Shown here: one piece after another, positions 12,533 through 25,539 of the stretch | Position numbering within the stretch: position 1 is the stretch's first letter | Layout: each line of letters opens with the position of its first letter | The notes under the pieces: generated by a model | The model's input: the letters and a program-made list of their open reading frames with translations, nothing else | Database searches by the model: none | Told to the model about the DNA's origin: nothing | Program-made: the position numbers and the translations under genes | Source: Octopus sinensis | Taxonomy: Eukaryota | Length of the DNA: 64,000 nt | NCBI RefSeq assembly: GCF_006345805.1 | Contig: NC_043001.1 | Location: forward strand, 44,330,001-44,394,000 | Reading direction: 5' to 3'

Positions 12533-12592
12533 CTATGTATATATATATATAATATATATATATATATGCATATATATATATGCATATATATA

Positions 12593-12752
<160 letters not shown>

Positions 12753-12782
12753 TATATATATGCATATATATATATACACACA

Positions 12783-13906
12783 CAGACATGGAGGAAGTAA
12801 ATATACACCTTTAAGCGTCTTAATATGTTTTCAGCGGTGTAGAATTTACAATGTAATTATTCTTTTTCATTCCAGGTGCCATTATATTAAATATTTGCGA
12901 AGAGCAACCATAACATGCACAAAAAATTCAGCAGAACTGTCAGATTTTCAAAGACGTCGTATTGTTGGGCAATCTGAAGCCGGTCTTAGGCAGCAAAAAA
13001 TTGCCGAAAATCTTCAAATACCTCTTGCTACAGTTAATAGAATTATAGTGCAATTCAAAAGCCAAGGAAAAGAATCAACAGATTCTCATCCCGGCCGACC
13101 TGGGCCCTCGGAAAGGAAACTTCGCTCTTTGAAGAGAATTGTGGGGAACGAACCCTTTTCGAAGGCTTCTGACATTGCAAAACAGCTAGAAGTTAGTCCA
13201 AGAACGTGTGTTACATATCTGCATAAGCTTGGGTATTATGGACGAGTAGCTAGAACAAACCCTCTCCTTCAACCAATTAATATCACGAAAAGAAGGAAAT
13301 GGGCTAAGGAGATGTCAGAAAAATCCAGTTCAATTTTGGGATAGAGTGATTTTCTCAGATGAATCCAGATTTGCATTATTTTTAGACATTGGACGTGTTT
13401 GAGTCTGGAGGTTTCCCAATCAAGAATTTGATTCCAACCAACTGTGAAACATGGCGGTATCTCTGTAATGGTATGGGGAACTGTTACCAGCAATGATCGT
13501 TCTGAGCTGATCGAATGTGTTGGAACCATAAAGTTTGAAAAATACATCGAAATACTTAAGCAAGGACTACTTCCGATGTATTCACACGATAACATAACGA
13601 AAAATGAATTTTTATTCATGGAAGATGGGGCTCCATGCCACACAGCGAATAGCAATCAACAACGGCTGACTGAAAATGGGATCAAAAAGCTTCCCTGACC
13701 GAGCCAAACTCCTAATGTGAACCCAATTGAAAATCTTTGGAGCATACTAGCTAGAGCTATAAGAAAAACTCGACAGAAACCTAAATCTAAAGATGAATTG
13801 TTTCGATTGTTGCGTGAAAAGTGGGCAGAAATTCCACGAGAGAAAATCACTAAGCTCGTCAGTTCAATGCCAAAACTGCAAAGGGAATGTCAACTAAATA
13901 TTATAA
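12783..13906 (+). mobile_element. Near full-length Tc1 (DD34E) transposase pseudogene; right TIR not found
   Basis: N-terminus [12 protein letters not shown]...RPG...LGYYGRVAR, then [31 protein letters not shown]...NPIENLW (34 residues D to E) and AKGMSTKY*. It has at least two frameshifts and two in-frame stops. Confidence 0.93.
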
Positions 13907-14304
13907 TTTGCTTTGCGGGAACGACTGTTTTAACGAAGTTGCGTCTTGTCCCTATGTTCGAAACGCAGAGTAGATAAAACAGAGGACAACTGATGAAGGG
14001 AATGTTCTTTATGCTGCCTGTCCCGTTTCTCTATTTGTTTCTTTCCTTGTTCGAAAACAAAGTTCGTTTTCCTTGTTTGTTTTTTGTTCTCGTTTCTCAT
14101 TTTGTTCACGTTTTTTACGTCCTGTACCCATATATGCATGTATGTATACATATATATGTAGGTATGTACATATATGTATGTATATATGCATATATATACA
14201 TATATAGAGAGAGATTTTATTTATATGATCGAACACCACGCATCCATTTCCAAATAAGTTTTATCTATCTATCTATCTTCTATTATTTATCTATCTATCT
14301 ATCT

Positions 14305-14435
<131 letters not shown>

Positions 14436-15072
14436 ATATATAATATATATATATATATACACATACATACATACATACATACATACATACATACAACATA
14501 CATACATACATACATATGCATATATCGGTACAAAACGTTACCAACAGTAAACAGCATGAAATGCGAAAACAAATGAGTTCAATACGCAAACAACGAGAGA
14601 AACAAATGGAAAACATGGAAAGTAACATAAAGAACGACCCTTCATCAGTTGTCTACTCCCCATTTCGAGCATTGAACGACAATAGGAATCTTCGAGGACA
14701 GTTGCTCCCATAAATACCAAAATAAAATTTGGGATTTACGGAGGGTCAAAGTTGGGAACAAAAGCAGGACAGTGGAGACATACGAGGAAACTGAACGAAA
14801 ACGAACATGGAGGGTCGTTAGGCCAGAATGAGAGTAAAATAGCGAACGCTGGAGAAATATTTTCTTTGACAAGAGAAAAGAGAGAAGACAGAGAAAAAAG
14901 AATGAGAGAGAAAACGATGGCGGAGAAAACAGTATGGAGTAGAGTTGCATCAAAACGATGAAGATAATAATCAAATTATTATTCGACTGAACGCCACGCA
15001 TCTATTTCCAAGTAAATTTACATGTGTGTGTGTGTGTGTGCGTGTGCGTGTTTGTGTGTTTGTGTGTGTGTC

Positions 15073-15103
<31 letters not shown>

Positions 15104-15503
15104 TTGGGTGTGTGTGTCTGTGTGTCTGTGTGTATGTGTTTGTGTTTGTGTTTGTTTGTGTGTGTGTGTGTTTGTGTGTGTGTGTTTGTGTGTGCGTGTT
15201 TATGTGTTTGTGTGTGTGTGTGTATTTGTGTCCCCCGAATCACCACTTGACCACCGGTGTTGGTGTGTTTACGTTCTCGTAACTTAGTGGTTCGGCAAAA
15301 AAGTCCGATAGAATAAGTATCAGGCTTTAAAAAGATAAGTTCTGGGGTCGATTTGTTCGACTAAAACCCTTCAAGACGGTGCTCCAGCGTGGCCGTAGTC
15401 AAATGACAAATGAGTAAAAAAATAAAAGAATGTGTGTGTGTGTGTGTGTGTGTGTATGTTTGAGAGATAGAGAGAGAGTTGTAGACATATGTAACTATAT
15501 ACG

Positions 15504-15566
<63 letters not shown>

Positions 15567-15858
15567 CAAGAGCACACACGCACCACGCAGACGAGAGTTG
15601 CTTTTGTGAGTATACATACAGACAGAGGTAAATTTAAGATCAAAGGGAACTTAATACTCCTAGATTCTAAGAATTCCCCTTGTACCTGGGTGAAAAAATA
15701 CCCCATCAAATCTATAATTTTAATAACACACATCACACACACGCACACGCGCACTATCTCTTCCTATCTCTTTCCGTCTCTCTCTTTCTCTTCCTCTGCC
15801 TTTCCTTCTGCTTCTCCCTCTCCGTCTCGCTCTCTCCCCTGCTTCTCTCTCCCTCTGC

Positions 15859-15930
<72 letters not shown>

Positions 15931-15933
<3 letters not shown>

Positions 15934-16340
15934 GTACACACACGTACGCACTTATATCAGCCACTTATTTATCTCTGTATACACATGTACCACCAATCAT
16001 CCTCACGCATGTATGTATGTATGAATGTATGTATGCATGTATGCATGTATGTATGAATGTATGCATGTATGTATGTATGTATATATGTATGCATGCATGT
16101 ATGTATGTATGTATGTATGTATGTATGTGTGAATGAATGTATGTATGTATGTATGTATGTATGTATGCATGTATGCATGTATATATGTATGCATGTTTGT
16201 ATGTATGTATGCATGTATGTATATATGTATGCTTGTATACATGTATGTATGCATGTTTGTATGTGTTGTATATCTCTGTCTCTACTTATATATAACTACA
16301 CATACACACACATATATACATATACACACACAGATCCCAT

Positions 16341-16414
<74 letters not shown>

Positions 16415-16884
16415 TACAGTTAAGGAGACGAGAAGAATACGGGATTAGAACCAGGCGTCACCTAGAAAGAAAAATCTTTTTATTTATTTATTTTATTTCC
16501 TATTTTCAGGTGTTGAGTCATCCTGAACCTTACCCCCCACCTGAACGCACCCCTCTCTCCTCACCTCTCCACACCCTATCCCCTAATACCCACTCGTCTT
16601 GTCCCCCCCCCCCTTTTCCCGTTCTCATTATCTCATCAATGTACCCTGTGGGGCGTTGTGATGTGATATAAAACTTTACTCTTGAAGCTAGCTGGCTTAT
16701 CACACACACACGTACCCCCCCCCCACACACACACACACAAGATACACTCCTTCGCACACACACATTCACAAAGATACACACATACACACCATTTCTTCCA
16801 CTCCGCATTTATCATTGAATTATAATTCTGCTTGTCTGTCACGCCCCACCCCATCTCTCTCTTTCTCCCTTCCCCCCTTCTCTT

Positions 16885-16924
<40 letters not shown>

Positions 16925-17324
16925 CTCACGTACACACACGTACGCACTTATATCAGCCACTTATTTATCTCTGTATACACATGTACCACCAATCATCCTC
17001 ACGCATGTATGTATGTATGAATGTATGTATGCATGTATGCATGTATGTATGAATGTATGCATGTATGTATGTATATATGTATGCATGCATGTATGTATGT
17101 ATGTATGTATGTATGTGTGAATGAATGTATGTATGTATGTATGTATGTATGCATGTATGCATGTATATATGTATGCATGTTTGTATGTATGTATGCATGT
17201 ATGTATATATGTATGTTTGTATACATGTATGTATGCATGTTTGTATGTGTTGTATATCTCTGTCTCTACTTATATATAACTACACATACACACACATATA
17301 TACATATACACACACAGATCCCAT

Positions 17325-17366
<42 letters not shown>

Positions 17367-17850
17367 TACAGTTAAGGAGACGAGAAGAATACGGGATTAG
17401 AACCAGGCGTCACCTAGAAAGAAAAATCTTTTTATTTATTTATTTTATTTCCTATTTTCAGGTGTTGAGTCATCCTGAACCTTACCCCCCACCTGAACGC
17501 ACCCCTCTCTCCTCACCTCTCCACACCCTATCCCCTAATACCCACTCGTCTTGTCCCACCCCCCCTTTTCCCGTTCTCATTATCTCATCAATGTACCCTG
17601 TGGGGCGTTGTGATGTGATATAAAACTTTACTCTTGAAGCTAGCTGGCTTATCACACACACACGTACCCCCCCACACACACACACACAAGATACACTCCT
17701 TCGCACACACATTCACAAAGATACACACATACACACCATTTCTTCCACTCCGCATTTATCATTGAATTATAATTCTGCTTGTCTGTCACGCCCCACCCCA
17801 TCTCTCTCTTTCTCCCTTCCCCCCTTCTCTTTCTCTCTCTCTCTCTCTTT
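15931..17850. repeat. Local tandem duplication of a ~0.95-1.0 kb microsatellite-rich unit (2 copies)
   Basis: CACGTACACACACGTACGCACTTATATCAGCC occurs at 15931 and 16927. CTCCGCATTTATCATTG occurs at 16801 and 17748. Unique segments are nearly identical, while microsatellite lengths differ. Confidence 0.93.
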
Positions 17851-18779
17851 CTCGCTTTAAATCTCTCGCCCTACTTGTCTATCTGTCTGTCTATTTCTCT
17901 GTCTTTCACTCTCTCTCTCACTCCCAGTAGCTTTCACTCTCGTTTGGGGCATCCAAGTGCAGAGGTAGTAATGTCAATAAGAATTTTCTTCACCTTAGTC
18001 TGTATTTTAAGCTCCCTCTCTCTATCTCTCTCTCTTTCTATCTTTCTCTCTGTCTCTCTGTCTCTCTCTCCCACCCCCTGTCTCTTCTATCTCGTCCTCT
18101 CTCTCTCTGGCTTTCTTTTTATTTCCTTATTAATCATCAGTTCAGTTCACAAAAGTTCATCAATATATACAAATAATATACAAATGTACAAAGTATATAA
18201 AAATATTTTGGACTAACAGGCCAATACTATCAGTATTAATTTTGGAGAAACGACACACTCCTTTACAATAGTAAAATGTGGCACAGAAGAATGACGAAGG
18301 AACATACGAAAGACTGGAAACAATACAGAAAAGACACACTCACCCATCATCATTTGTCACCTTACATTTTGGATCATTAGAAGTTAGACCGACTCTTCCG
18401 TATATTTGGGGCACAGATGCAACAAAATCTCGGGTCAATTTAATAATCCACTGAGAGCGGAAAACTGACAGAATTGTTAGAGTATCGAAGACAATGCTTT
18501 GCAGTATTTTGAATCCGGCGCTTTATGATCTGAGTTCAATTTCCACCGAGGTCAACTTTGCTTTTCACCTGTTCAAGACCGATAAAATAAAACACCAGTC
18601 AAGTAGTGGGATCGGTGGTATCGCCTAACCCCTGTCTCTCAAAGTTACTGATTTTGCGCTAAAAACAATGATCACAATATTGCAATATCAACTAGACTAT
18701 CGGATGTGGTTATACACCATCAATCACAATGTGCTTCCTTCCATTGCTGTAGCTTTCCAATGAGTGCAAGCCGCTGGCT

Positions 18780-19025
18780 TGATAGGCAGGCTAAAGTAAA
18801 GGTAAAGCTTCCTTCTCGAGTCACACCAGGCCGGTTTCCCGGTTTCCATGGCTTACATATCCCCACCCGGACGGGACTCCGGTCCTTCGTGGGGTCACTC
18901 ATTTTTACCAGCTGAGTGAAATGGAGCAACGTGAAGTGAAGTGTTTTGCTCAAGAACACAACGCGTCGTCTGGTCCAGGAATCGAAATCACAATCTTACG
19001 ATCATGAGTCCAACACCCTAACCAC
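18780..19025 (-). mobile_element. tRNA-derived SINE, family C
   Basis: Homologous to 2659-2918 (TTTACCAGCTGAGTGAAATGGAGCAACGTGAAG...GGAATCGAAATC). Confidence 0.8.
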
Positions 19026-19099
19026 TAAATGGGGTCGATGGTATCACCTAACCCCTGTCTCTCAAAGTTACTGCTTTTGCGCTAAATCAAAAACAATGA

Positions 19100-19266
19100 T
19101 CTACTCTCTTTTACTTGTTTCAGTCATGTGACTGGGCCATGCTGGAGCATCGTCTTTAGTCGAGCAAATCGACCCCAGTACTTATTCTATCGGTCTCTTT
19201 TGCCGAACCGCTAAGTTATGGGGATGTAAACACACCAGCATCGGTTGTCAAGCGATGTTGGGAGGA

Positions 19267-19341
<75 letters not shown>

Positions 19342-19500
19342 GATGGGCTTCTTTCAGGTTCCGTCTACCAAATCCACTCACAAGGCTTTGGTCGGCCCGA
19401 GGCTATAGTAGAAGACACTTGCCCAAGGTGCCACGCAGTGGGACTGAACCCGGAACCATATGTTTGGTACGCAAGCTACTTACCACACACCCACTCCAAC
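19100..19500 (-). mobile_element. tRNA-derived SINE, family A
   Basis: Collinear with 5811-6222. Confidence 0.85.
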
Positions 19501-20061
19501 GCCTATTTAAGAAATCACAATATCGTAATATCCACCATGGGCAAGCTAACATCCCCCCTGAACAAGATGCCAGTCTGTCGCAGAGTTACTTATTTACTGG
19601 TGGTTGGACTAGAGCAAGGTATAACAAAGTGTTTTGCTATTTACAACGCACCGCCGGTCTAGGAATCGAAACTATGATCTTGTGATCATAAGTGAAAAAC
19701 CCAGAATATTAGGCCACTCCCCTTCAAATTTATTAAATATCAATATATCATGCCCTTAATATATTTCATCCTATAAGATGGCGAGCTTGCAGAACCATTC
19801 TGAGTTCAAATTACGCCGAGGTCGACTTTGCCTTTCATCCTTTCGGGGTCGATAAATCAAGTACCAGTTGCGTACAGATGTCGATCTAAACGACTGATCC
19901 CCTCCCCCAAAATTTCAAGCCTTTTGCCTAGAGTAGAAAAGAATATATTTCATTCTATTAAAACAGTTTAATTTAAACAGTATAAAAAATATTAATTATT
20001 TCATCACAAAAGCTTTGAGTGAATGTTTTGAATAAAGAAAGTGTCTTCTTTGGCTACTTAC

Positions 20062-20128
20062 TCCAGCAGTAAATTCCCAGAACGGAGCAGAGAAAATGTT
20101 AAAGCAAGGTTTTCTGAAGTCCCCAACC
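20062..20128 (-). CDS. Candidate isolated internal exon (67 nt), unassigned
   Basis: Minus-strand TCTTTTCTAG acceptor and GA|GTAAGT donor. Two open frames (LGTSENLALTFSLLRSGNLLL or VGDFRKPCFNIFSAPFWEFTAG). Confidence 0.3.
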
Positions 20129-21097
20129 CTAGAAAAGAGACCCTATTTAAATTATTTTCATTTCATAAATTCAATGGCAACACTGAGTTCTGTTGCGTGA
20201 TTTTTAGTTTCAGTAGTTTTCAAAAACTTTCTTGGTAGTTATTAGCCAAACAACTAACCTAAATTAGTAAATTAGTTGCCTTAATAAACATGATTTCCTA
20301 ATATCGAGTGCCACGAAGTTCTCTGAAGTTTTCATTGGCGAAGAACTAATTGTGAGTGACATAGGAGAGAAATCTCCAGCACATTTAACTTTACGGTAGT
20401 CAAACCTGTTTATGACTTAGGTTATAGAGGATTCTAAACCAGTTTTTATCTGTGGATTCCTTTGATTACTATTTTATTATGGCGGACTTCCTTTGGCCAT
20501 TTGATGCTTAAAATCTAGTTTTATAGAAACGTCTTTCAAAATTCCTATTTTGTTTTTCACATGACAACTTGTGTAGCTTGAACTATGTAAAATGTTAGAG
20601 AAAGAAACCTAGCTGTTTCTTGCAATATATACCAATACATACATCTAAAGCAAAATCTTTTCAGAGGTCCTTAAAATACTATTGTGGGTCCCCCAATTTA
20701 CTATTTTGTTGCGTGAATGCCCAAAAATCTTATATATACCCTGGTTGAGAACCACTGAGGTTAGAGAAATCCACAGCAAGCAAACATATGCATTAGAAAC
20801 GGGAGTTGTTGCTCTGGTTGCATATTTTTATGAGAAGGGAACATGCTGTCATAGATTTTCAAAAATGATGGTTTCTCTTAGAGAAAATTCTTTTATTCTT
20901 TTACTTTTTTCAGTCATTTAACTGAGGCCATGCTGGAGCACCGCCTTTAGTCGAACAAACTGACCCCAGGACTTATTCTTTGTAAGCCTAATACTTATTC
21001 TATCGGTAACTTTTTCCGAACCGCAAAAGGGACGTAAACACACCAACATCGGTTGTCAAGTAATGATGAGGAAATAAACACAGACAACACACATACT

Positions 21098-21129
<32 letters not shown>

Positions 21130-21261
21130 CGACGGGCTTCTTTCAGTTTCCGTCTATCAAATCCACTCACAAAGCCTTAATCGGCCCGAGGAAGACACCC
21201 GACACCCAAAGTGCCACGCAGTGGGACTGAACCCGGAACAATGTGGTTGGGAAACAAGCTT

Positions 21262-22686
21262 CTTTATTTCAATATTTTTGCCATAAAGGCATTCCATAGA
21301 GGGGACACTACAACGCATGTGGGGACATATAACAATTAAAAGTATATAAAAATAGAGTATGATATTATGAATGACACATGAAAATGAACATGAAAAACAA
21401 ATAAAAATTATGATAACATGCGTGATAGTTGAAAATGAAAATATGAAGAGTGTGCTACTCACCCCACACTGAGCAACACCACTCGCCGCCTCTGAGTCCT
21501 AATTTCCTTTTAGTCTCTGTTCCGGTTCCGCTATCGCTCCATGATTGCACTCTCTCATAACCTTTTTCACCGGGGGAGGGGTCTTCTAAATTCTGAGGTG
21601 TCTGCTCTTTTTTCTTTTTTTCCTGTGGGGAAATGGGGTGGGTGGGTTTGGTGTCTGTATGGGAAGGGTGCGTCTGAGTGGTCTTGGGTGGGATGAAGTT
21701 GGACTGGGGTACCACATCACACTCAGTGTTCTTTCTTTTTTCTCTTCTTCCTTCTAATCTGTTACTATCCATTCTTCCTCCTTTTCTTCCTTTCCTCCGT
21801 CTGTCTTTTCTTCCTCTCTTTTCTCTTTCGTCTTCACAACTGTTTCCTCTACTATTGTCCTCTATAAAGGGCAGTATGCTCTTATGTGGCCCTTTTGGCC
21901 ACATTTAAAACAATGTGGTACTCAACCCTCTGCCTACACTCTCAACACAATTTCCCCCAACGTCACCGTCTCTGTCAAACTCTCCAGTTGTCCTTCCTCC
22001 GCCTGTATAATTAATTCTAGTGTCTTCCCTTCCTTCTTCCATTTCTGTGGCTTGAAGGACGGCCACTTTCTCCTCACTTCCAACAAGGACAGCCGCTGCC
22101 ACCCAAGCCATTTCTATATCAGGTGGGATTGCTTCTACTCTAGAAGTCTTTCTTCCAAGGTATGTGGGTAGAAGCACTACTTCCTCTGTTTTCACCGCCA
22201 CACTCGCCAGCCTCCTCGCCTCCTCTACTGTCCTAAATTGGACGACCTTTGTCTCATATCTTCTTCCTTTAGTTATGTATGTTATTTCCTTTGACCGCTC
22301 ACTTAGCGCCTTTTCCATTTCAGCTTCCACCTGCTCGGTCTTTTTTCCTTTTAACGAGAATACCATATAGGTGATCGTTTTTCTCTCCATCCGCTCCATA
22401 ATTCCTTTGGGGGCGACAACCTCACATCGCCGCCAACCTTCTGTACCATCTTCTCATACTCCTTCAGACCAGCCAAGTCCAATTCCCTTCGCTTCATCTC
22501 CGTGGCCTCAACAAAACTCCTTGTCTTCTCCAACATTCCGTTCATCTTTATGACCGCCCTTACCAGCTCCTCCTCTGCTGAAGACAACTCAGACCCGCTA
22601 AGGTCTGAATACATTTTCTAAGTAGCACGAAAAAACCGTCCGACTCTCAACAAATTCACGCAACAACTACTGGACATCACATGCGC
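21262..22686 (-). mobile_element. ORF1-only (HAL1-like) non-autonomous Tx1/L1-type retroelement
   Basis: Flanked by AAGCTTGCTTCC (22687-22698) and AAGCTTGTTTCC (21250-21261). It has a short 5' UTR, ORF1 and a ~200-bp tail ending CTTTATGGCAAAAATATTGAAATAAAG. No EN/RT sequence is present. Confidence 0.72.
21455..22614 (-). pseudogene. Gag-like ORF1 with CCHC zinc knuckle, disrupted
   Basis: Overlapping minus ORFs 22351-22614, 21905-22399 and 21455-21904. CFKCGQKGHIRAYC (C-x2-C-x4-H-x4-C) is at 21871-21912. Confidence 0.85.
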
Positions 22687-22698
22687 GGAAGCAAGCTT

Positions 22699-23142
22699 CT
22701 TTATTTCATCAAATTTGCCATAAAGACATTATATAGATAGAAGCAAGTGCGGGCTGGACAACAACACAAATGAAATGAATGATGATCAAAACAATGATAC
22801 TGATGAGGGAAGCAAACGACGCCTACCGATCGATGCCCTTTGAGAACACTGTTCTTTTTTCTTTTTTTAAAACATATGAGGTAATGAACCTCTTACAATA
22901 ATACAAATTGAGGTGCATGGCATCTTATCAATCAAAAGAGTTCCAAATCAATCGAGGCGCCAAGACCTCTCACTCTGCCTCTCCGACCAAATGTCTTGCC
23001 GCCTGCAGGCAATTCCGCAGTGGCAAACCGGGGACCCAAAAAACATAATTAAATTCCTCCTTAGAAAAGGCATCCATTATCTTATAGAAGTAAATCTCCT
23101 CCATGACCTCCGCAGTTAACTGCGGAGGCCAATCCGGGTTAT
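22699..23142 (-). mobile_element. 5'-truncated 3' fragment of a related LINE (probable ORF2 C-terminus plus tail)
   Basis: Tail CTTTATGGCAAATTTGATGAAATAAAG resembles the neighbouring element. GIACRRQDIWSER resembles the L1/Tx1 C-terminal I..AK..IW..R motif. Flanked by target copies at 23143-23152 and 22687-22698. Confidence 0.65.
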
Positions 23143-23475
23143 AAGCAAACTTCTTACCACACAACCACGCCTGCGCCTATAATACTGAAAATTTTAATAA
23201 GGGAAGTAACTTGTCGTGAAGCGCAGTTTGAGAATAACAGAATTTTCCATGCTATACAGTAGCGACTGGAAGTGTCGTTCTTGGGAACTGTGCTTAGGTG
23301 TCTAACATTTCTTTGTAAACATTTCCTATCTTTCTATATGCCTAAATTTTAACTTCCTGATTGCACATTCAAGTTTACCTTCTCTTTTTCTAGCGGACTT
23401 GTCGAGTTCTGTAACCGCCAGGTGTACAGTCTGTTGTATTCAGTTATCCTGTATTTCCCTCTATTCTTAATATAT

Positions 23476-23527
<52 letters not shown>

Positions 23528-23569
23528 CATATATAGACATACACACATATATATATATGTATGTATATA

Positions 23570-23634
<65 letters not shown>

Positions 23635-24103
23635 CTCTCTCTCTCTCTCTATATATATATATACATACACAGTCTGTTGTAGATTCAGCTGAATGGGTGT
23701 GCCCCTATTGTATATTGTTAACTTTCTTCTGTATTTGTTTCATTCTGTTTATTTTTCATATTGAGACGGATGCAGAATATTTCAGGTGTTGTGTTCCTTA
23801 AAAAAGTTCTTTCCGTTTCACTTTGTTTCTAGGAACTGCCTGAACCTCCTCTTGTATTATTCTCTATATTTATTTTCTGCCTCTTTGTTTTCGTCATCCT
23901 CTTACAAATCCTCCTTACTCCGTGAAAGTATTGCTATGTTCCTAGTCTACTGACACAGAAAATTTTGATTGTTCTTTTTCTCTTGTAAATGAACTGTTGG
24001 TGTTGTTACGTTTGCAAGTAAAAGACGTCGTTTTAGAGCTCGTAAGTTAGTATTGAATTTTATTGTTTTGTAGAAAGTAATTTTGGTTTTTTTGGTGGTA
24101 CTA

Positions 24104-24532
24104 GGACCTTTTCGGTTTGAACGGCAGTTTTTTCTAGCGGTGTCATATGAAATTGTCACCCATAATTATGACTCTAGTATCGATCTATTGTATTTCAATC
24201 TAATTTAGGGTTAGGGTTAGGGTTAGGGTTAGGGGTGGGGGGAAGGGTATCTTTTTTTCTACAGAAATGTAAATAAACCCAATCTGTTTCTTAAACGAGG
24301 GACATATTCATACGGCACAGAATGTTTTCACCTCAATAGACGGTCATTGATTGGTTGAAATTGCAGAAATTGAAGAAAAAACAACAACAAATATCTTACA
24401 AACAATAGAATTTTCTCATTAAACCAAGAGAAAAAGATGTTTTATAAGCACATTCTACCAGTATACGAAGTTTAAAATTTTTTAGTTACCTAGAAATTAT
24501 GTTAAAAACTGCAGTTCAAACCGAAAAGATCC
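24104..24532. mobile_element. MITE with 28-bp GG-terminal TIRs, 8-bp TSD and internal (TTAGGG)5 (Merlin-like)
   Basis: TIRs GGACCTTTTCGGTTTGAACGGCAGTTTT / AAAACTGCAGTTCAAACCGAAAAGATCC. Flanks TGGTACTA / TAGTACTA match at 7/8. TTAGGG x5 at 24205-24234. Confidence 0.9.
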
Positions 24533-24692
24533 TAGTACTATTTTGTTATAAACCAACTAGCATCTTTTGAGGCTGTATGAAATTTTCGCTCCTTCGGAAG
24601 AGAATTTTGTAAGATTCTAATAGCGAAGTTACTTACATAATGAAAACAAATAATAATACAGCTTCGCTATCCAGAGAACATTTAGCTGTTCC

Positions 24693-25112
24693 GGATCTTT
24701 TCGGTTTGAACGGCAGTTTTTTCTAGCGGTGTCATATGAAATTGTCACCCATAATTATGACCCTAGTATCGATCTATTGCATTTCACTCTGTTTTAGGGT
24801 TAGGGTTAGGGGTGGGGGGAAGGGTATCTTTTTTTCTTTACAAATGTAAATAAGCCCAATCTGTTTCTTAAACGAGGGACATATTCATGCGGCACAAAAT
24901 GTCTTTTTACCTCAATGGACATATTTGATTGGTTGAAATTGCAGAAATTGAAGAAAAAAAAAACAACAAATATTTTACAAACTATAGAATTTTCTCAATA
25001 AAGCCAAGAGAAAAAGATGTTTTATAAACACATTCTACCAGTATACGAAGTTTAAAATCTTTTAGTTACCTAGAAATTATGTTAAAAACTGCCGTTCAAA
25101 CCGAAAAGCTCC
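24693..25112. mobile_element. Second copy of the same MITE with its own perfect 8-bp TSD
   Basis: GCTGTTCC at 24685-24692 and 25113-25120. TTAGGG x3 at 24794-24811. Confidence 0.92.
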
Positions 25113-25539
25113 GCTGTTCCAACAGTGAAAGCCAGTTTCCCCTGCTACCCGACAGCAGAGACTGTATGAACAATAATAACAATGTCAACATCAACAACAG
25201 CTACAGAAACAAGACATGAAAAGACATGTGAAAGCAATATTACCTTAAGTACCGCAGCCACCACGGCTGGAACAACAATAACAGCAACAACAACGGGCAT
25301 AAAAATACAGAAAGAACATAAACCAAATTGTCGATTCAACTCACCTGATAATTCCTCCTCCGTCGCCACCACTACCGTTAACACCAGCATAAAAATCAAA
25401 ATGTCACTACAAACAAATCTAGTGTTGGCGGGTTTAGGGTTTATCGGCACCGTGCGCCATGCAGAAGTAATATGATAATCTCCCGCAAGATTTAAAAAAT
25501 GCAGAACAAAAATAAGACCATTCTTATGCGGTGCGGACG

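Larger units (their letters stand above)
20890..23180 (-). mobile_element. Family A SINE split in its tRNA head by two stacked LINE-derived insertions
   Basis: The head GGCGCAGGCGTGGTTGTGTGGTAAGAAGTTTGCTT lies at 23143-23178. The remainder AAGCTTGTTTCCCAACCAC... starts at 21261. Confidence 0.88.

Noticed and set aside
12900-13906. Active or domesticated Tc1 transposase
   Set aside because: Multiple stops and frameshifts, and no right TIR. Some indels could be assembly errors, but the in-frame stops argue for decay.
24104-25112. Simple tandem duplication or true telomere
   Set aside because: Each copy has its own TSD and the spacer is unique. The TTAGGG tracts are short and internal to the MITE.
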